NCBI GenBank assembly: GCA_963753165.1
Contig: CAVWBP010000002.1
Location: 185,280 to 249,279 of the forward strand
Source: Thermodesulfovibrionales bacterium
GTDB lineage: Bacteria; Nitrospirota; Thermodesulfovibrionia; Thermodesulfovibrionales; SM23-35
Direction: 5' to 3'
DNA: 64,000 nucleotides
Below are positions 60,702 to 64,000 of this stretch, in pieces. Below the pieces are notes generated by a model. The model was not told the DNA's origin and made no database searches. It saw nothing but the letters and a program-made list of their open reading frames with translations. Numbering within the stretch: position 1 is the first letter of the stretch; each line of letters begins with the position of its first letter. Position numbers and translations under genes: made by a program.

Positions 60702-61763
60702 TTGTTCTTTATCGATTCACTATTGAGAATCCTCATGCCCGGCCGGCCGGGGAGAGTTGCAGCGCCGGACAGCTGCGGCAATATCTCTGCGAATAAATTC
60801 ACGGGCAGGGACAGGCAGGGAATCGACACGCCCCTCCGCGATTCGGTTCGGAGGATGATTCTCGAGAATAAAGAGAATTTGCATAATCCCTTCTTTATCC
60901 TTATGCGGTATCTTACAGACCTCGATGAACAAATATCCGGTATTGCCCCGGTCTCCTGTGCCGAGTATGAAAACTATTTCAGGAAAAACTTTCTGCTCAG
61001 CAATTGCCCGCTTGCAATCGATCCTGTATCTGTGAAAAAACAGGAGGACATCATACAGTTCATCGATTCCTATGATCGTGCACATCTCTGGAAGATGGTC
61101 TCTCATGTATTTGTAGGATTAATCGGATTTCTTGTGAGCAGGAGGAGCAAGGTCAGCCTTCTCGATTTCGGATCAGGTCAGAGTTGCGGCATGTATGGAG
61201 AAAACGGTCGTTTTCTCTTTACAGGGAAGCACGTCGATACCGATGCCGTTGCATTCTGGGCCATTGATGAACTCCATGAACCCTCAGGGGCTATTTTTCA
61301 AAAAGCGAATTATCTGAAAAGCAATATTCTCTCGTTCACTCCCGGGGAAAAATTTGATCTCATAACAGGCCACCATGTGCTCGAACACTGCTGCGACTGG
61401 CAAGATGTCATTGGACATGTCGCAGGGCTTCTGAAGGAAGACGGGTACCTCTATCTTTCTTTCCCGCGCTTCGGTGGATTTTACGATACCGTCTACCGCC
61501 TGATTTCACCGCATGACCATTGCGCTGATTTCTCTCTGGAAACTCTTATAAGCACTGCCGGGAAGAACGGTCTCAAAGAGTGCCTGGTGGATGTCTATGT
61601 CGATCCGAACGGCAAATTCGACTGGATACCTTCGATATACCCAGAGCTTGTCAGCAAGCAAATGTCTGACTGCTTTTATGACCTCTGTATATCGATCGAT
61701 TCAAAACTGCTCATAGGGTATCACCATTACGGATATTACGTGGTTTTCAGAAAAACTTCCTGA
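60702..61763 (+). CDS. Class I SAM-dependent methyltransferase (start uncertain; may be 60735 or 60855)
   Basis: LLDFGSG, FDLITGHHVLEH and LLKEDGYL motifs. Confidence 0.8.
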   Translation: MFFIDSLLRILMPGRPGRVAAPDSCGNISANKFTGRDRQGIDTPLRDSVRRMILENKENLHNPFFILMRYLTDLDEQISGIAPVSCAEYENYFRKNFLLSNCPLAIDPVSVKKQEDIIQFIDSYDRAHLWKMVSHVFVGLIGFLVSRRSKVSLLDFGSGQSCGMYGENGRFLFTGKHVDTDAVAFWAIDELHEPSGAIFQKANYLKSNILSFTPGEKFDLITGHHVLEHCCDWQDVIGHVAGLLKEDGYLYLSFPRFGGFYDTVYRLISPHDHCADFSLETLISTAGKNGLKECLVDVYVDPNGKFDWIPSIYPELVSKQMSDCFYDLCISIDSKLLIGYHHYGYYVVFRKTS

Positions 61764-62053
61764 GTACGTAACCCTTCATATATGCGGAAAGTGTTCGGGA
61801 AAATATTTAACCCGATAAGGGTATTCAGGCGCCTTCGCATGGTCCTTGAAAAAAATCTTCAAACCATTCGGGTAAAGAGAGACTAAGGTGCGGGAAAATA
61901 TTTTTATCACCCTGTCTGCGCACGGCGCATAAAAAAGATTCCTGATGAACAGGAATCCTCACCTCTTATGAGTTTCCGGAGGGTGGCAGCTTGACAATAC
62001 CCGGCGAATAAATTATTGTTACTAAATTATAGCAGTGCAAGAAGGAGGCTTCT

Positions 62054-64000
62054 TTGAGATTCAGGATATTCGTTGTTTCCCTGCTTATTTGCATGGTCGT
62101 TTCAGTGCAAATGTCCTGTCCTGTCTTTTCTCAGGAAATCGGACAGGGAGCAGGAGAAGATATTGGTGATGAGCAACGGACAATAATTCAGGACAGGCAG
62201 CAGCAGATAGAATCTGTTGTTCAGGATAAACTCAAAAAAAGGCTCCCCGGCAGAGACATAAGTTCCGGGGCTTCAGGCTCGAAACCGATCGCCACCAGTT
62301 CGCCTACAGAAACGGATATACAGGAAGTGCCGGTAAGAGAACCGCAGGAGCTTGATGCACCAGCAGGAGCTTGAGCCCCAGGAAGAACAGCAGCCTGCTT
62401 CGGTGCAGGTCGAGATCGAAGAAGAACCTGCTCTTCCGGTAAAGGAAAAGAAACAGGCAGGGCCCCCAACGGTAAGTTTCTTCTTTGATGACGCGGATAT
62501 CTTTGAAGTGGCACAGACAATCTTCGCAGACGTGCTCAAGGTGAATTACCTTATTGATCCCCAGGTGAAGGGCAGGGTGAATTTCAGGACGGTCACCCCG
62601 ATACCGAAAGATGAAGTCCTCCCGGTCATGGAGATTATCTTCAGGCTCAACGGAATTGGGTTCGTTGAAGAGGGGGGGCTTTACAGAATCATTCCCCTTA
62701 CTGAAGTCCCGAGAGAACTGGTCTATGCACAGATAGGAAAAACCCCGGACAAGGTGTCCATCGAAATGTTTACCTTCAAAAATCTGGACTTGAAGGAATC
62801 TCTGCCCGATATCGAAAATGCACTGGGACTGCACCTGAAGGGAGGCACGGTAAGGATCATCCCCTTCTATCGCATGAATGCGCTGCTCGTCGTGGCGTCT
62901 TCACCGGAACAACTTGGATATATAAAACAGTGGGTGGCTACCTTTGACAACATGTTTGCGGTTGCCCGGCCAAAGATTTATGTGTATCCGTTGCAGAACA
63001 GCAAAGCTACCCATATCGCTTCACTCCTCCAGTCAATTTTTACCGGGACGCAATCCACCGCTTCTTCGACAACTGCCGCGAAAACAGAGTCGGCAAAAAC
63101 TGCCGGAAAAACCAGTGCTCCCGCGCCTTCTTCTGCCGCACCGCAAACCGGCGCTGCTGCAACAGTCACCGGCGGAGGAAACTTTGTATCTTCAGAGGCC
63201 AGGATTTTTGCGGATGAGATAACCAACACATTGATTATCCTTGCGAACCCTACGGACTATGCATTTATCGATGAGACGATCAAGAAGATCGATATCATGC
63301 CAAGGCAGGTGGTTATCGAAGGGCTTATCGCACGGGTAGACCTGATCGATAACCTCAGTTTCGGCTTCTCCTGGTCATTGCAGTCAGATTTAAAAATTCA
63401 CGACGTGAAACCCTTTAGCCGCGATATAAACCTGGGCGGAGACTTCTTCAGCAAACCATTGGGGACAACCTATAATACCGGCGCGGGCGACGGATTCACC
63501 TTTGTCGGGACAGACCCGTCCGGCATTGTGCGGGCCCGCCTCACGGCAGCGCTCAAGGATTCAAAAGCCAAAATCCTTGCAGCGCCGCACATCCTGGTGT
63601 CCGACAACAGGGAGGCGAGGATACAGGTCGGATCGCAGATACCGCTTGCCACGCAGACATCAACGGGAATCGAGACTACCACGACGGTAACCTCCACCAT
63701 CCAGTATAAAGATATCGGGATTATCCTCAACGTGAAGCCGCAGATCAATGACAGCGGACTGGTTGCCCTGGAAATAACCCAGGAAGTTTCCTCACTCGGA
63801 GATAATGTGAAGGTTGCAGGTCAGGATTTTGCTTCAATAAACAAAACAGAGTCCACCACGAACCTCGTCGCGCAGGACGGAGAGACGATTATCATCGGGG
63901 GGCTGATACGGGAGGATGCAACAAAGTCCAAAGACGGCATCCCGATCCTCAGCAAGATCCCTATCCTGGGACATCTCTTTTCGAATACGACGGATAATAC
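62054..64000 (+). CDS. gspD: Type II secretion secretin GspD, partial (frameshift near 62360; runs off the window end)
   Basis: GGAGG + TTG start and signal peptide. After the shift: FFFDDADIFEV, YLIDPQVKGRV, YPLQNSKA, IDIMPRQVVIE, APHILVSDNREARIQVG, QYKDIGIILNVKPQIN and GIPILSKIPILGHLF. Confidence 0.9.

Noticed and set aside
62360-62380. Selenocysteine or stop-codon readthrough at the gspD TGA (also the TGA at 55921)
   Set aside because: The downstream coding sequence is in a different frame, so a one-base indel explains it and readthrough does not.
1-64000. CRISPR array, or intact transposase/integrase/reverse transcriptase
   Set aside because: I saw no regularly spaced direct repeats with unique spacers and no ORF with DDE, tyrosine recombinase or RT motifs. 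The repeats present are dispersed palindromes.

Overview
A 64 kb bacterial chromosome segment. Gene order and protein style suggest an anaerobic Nitrospirota (Thermodesulfovibrionia-like) or deltaproteobacteria-like organism; this is inference. It is mostly housekeeping: ydbH and a YdbL-type gene, an L,D-transpeptidase, a MacAB-like ABC exporter, hom/moeB/apgM, lipA, mazG/rnr, a TPR + ExeA pair, radA, a TPP-riboswitch-controlled thiS-thiG-thiE-thiC-thiD operon, larB, gpsA-glnS-gltX, tilS, ybaB-dnaX-ffs, tRNA-Ser(GGA), gatAB, a glycosyltransferase/methyltransferase cluster and the 5' part of gspD. Six genes, including essential gatB, carry single-base frameshifts that look like sequencing or assembly indels. 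There is no CRISPR array and no intact transposase or integrase. The most notable observations are: (1) an integrase-less ~1.75 kb islet at tRNA-Ser with an att duplication and arm-type repeats, whose two unrelated genes share a Cys-rich C-terminal module I do not recognise and near-identical terminators; (2) a 32-residue in-frame collapsed relic of alaC overlapping the hom start, near an AlaA-type aminotransferase; (3) several TA-flanked MITEs with different TIRs that carry shared or nested REP-like hairpin cores, clustered in and around the thi operon; (4) an SgmX-like TPR + ExeA pair; (5) a catalytically degenerate trypsin-TPR protein.
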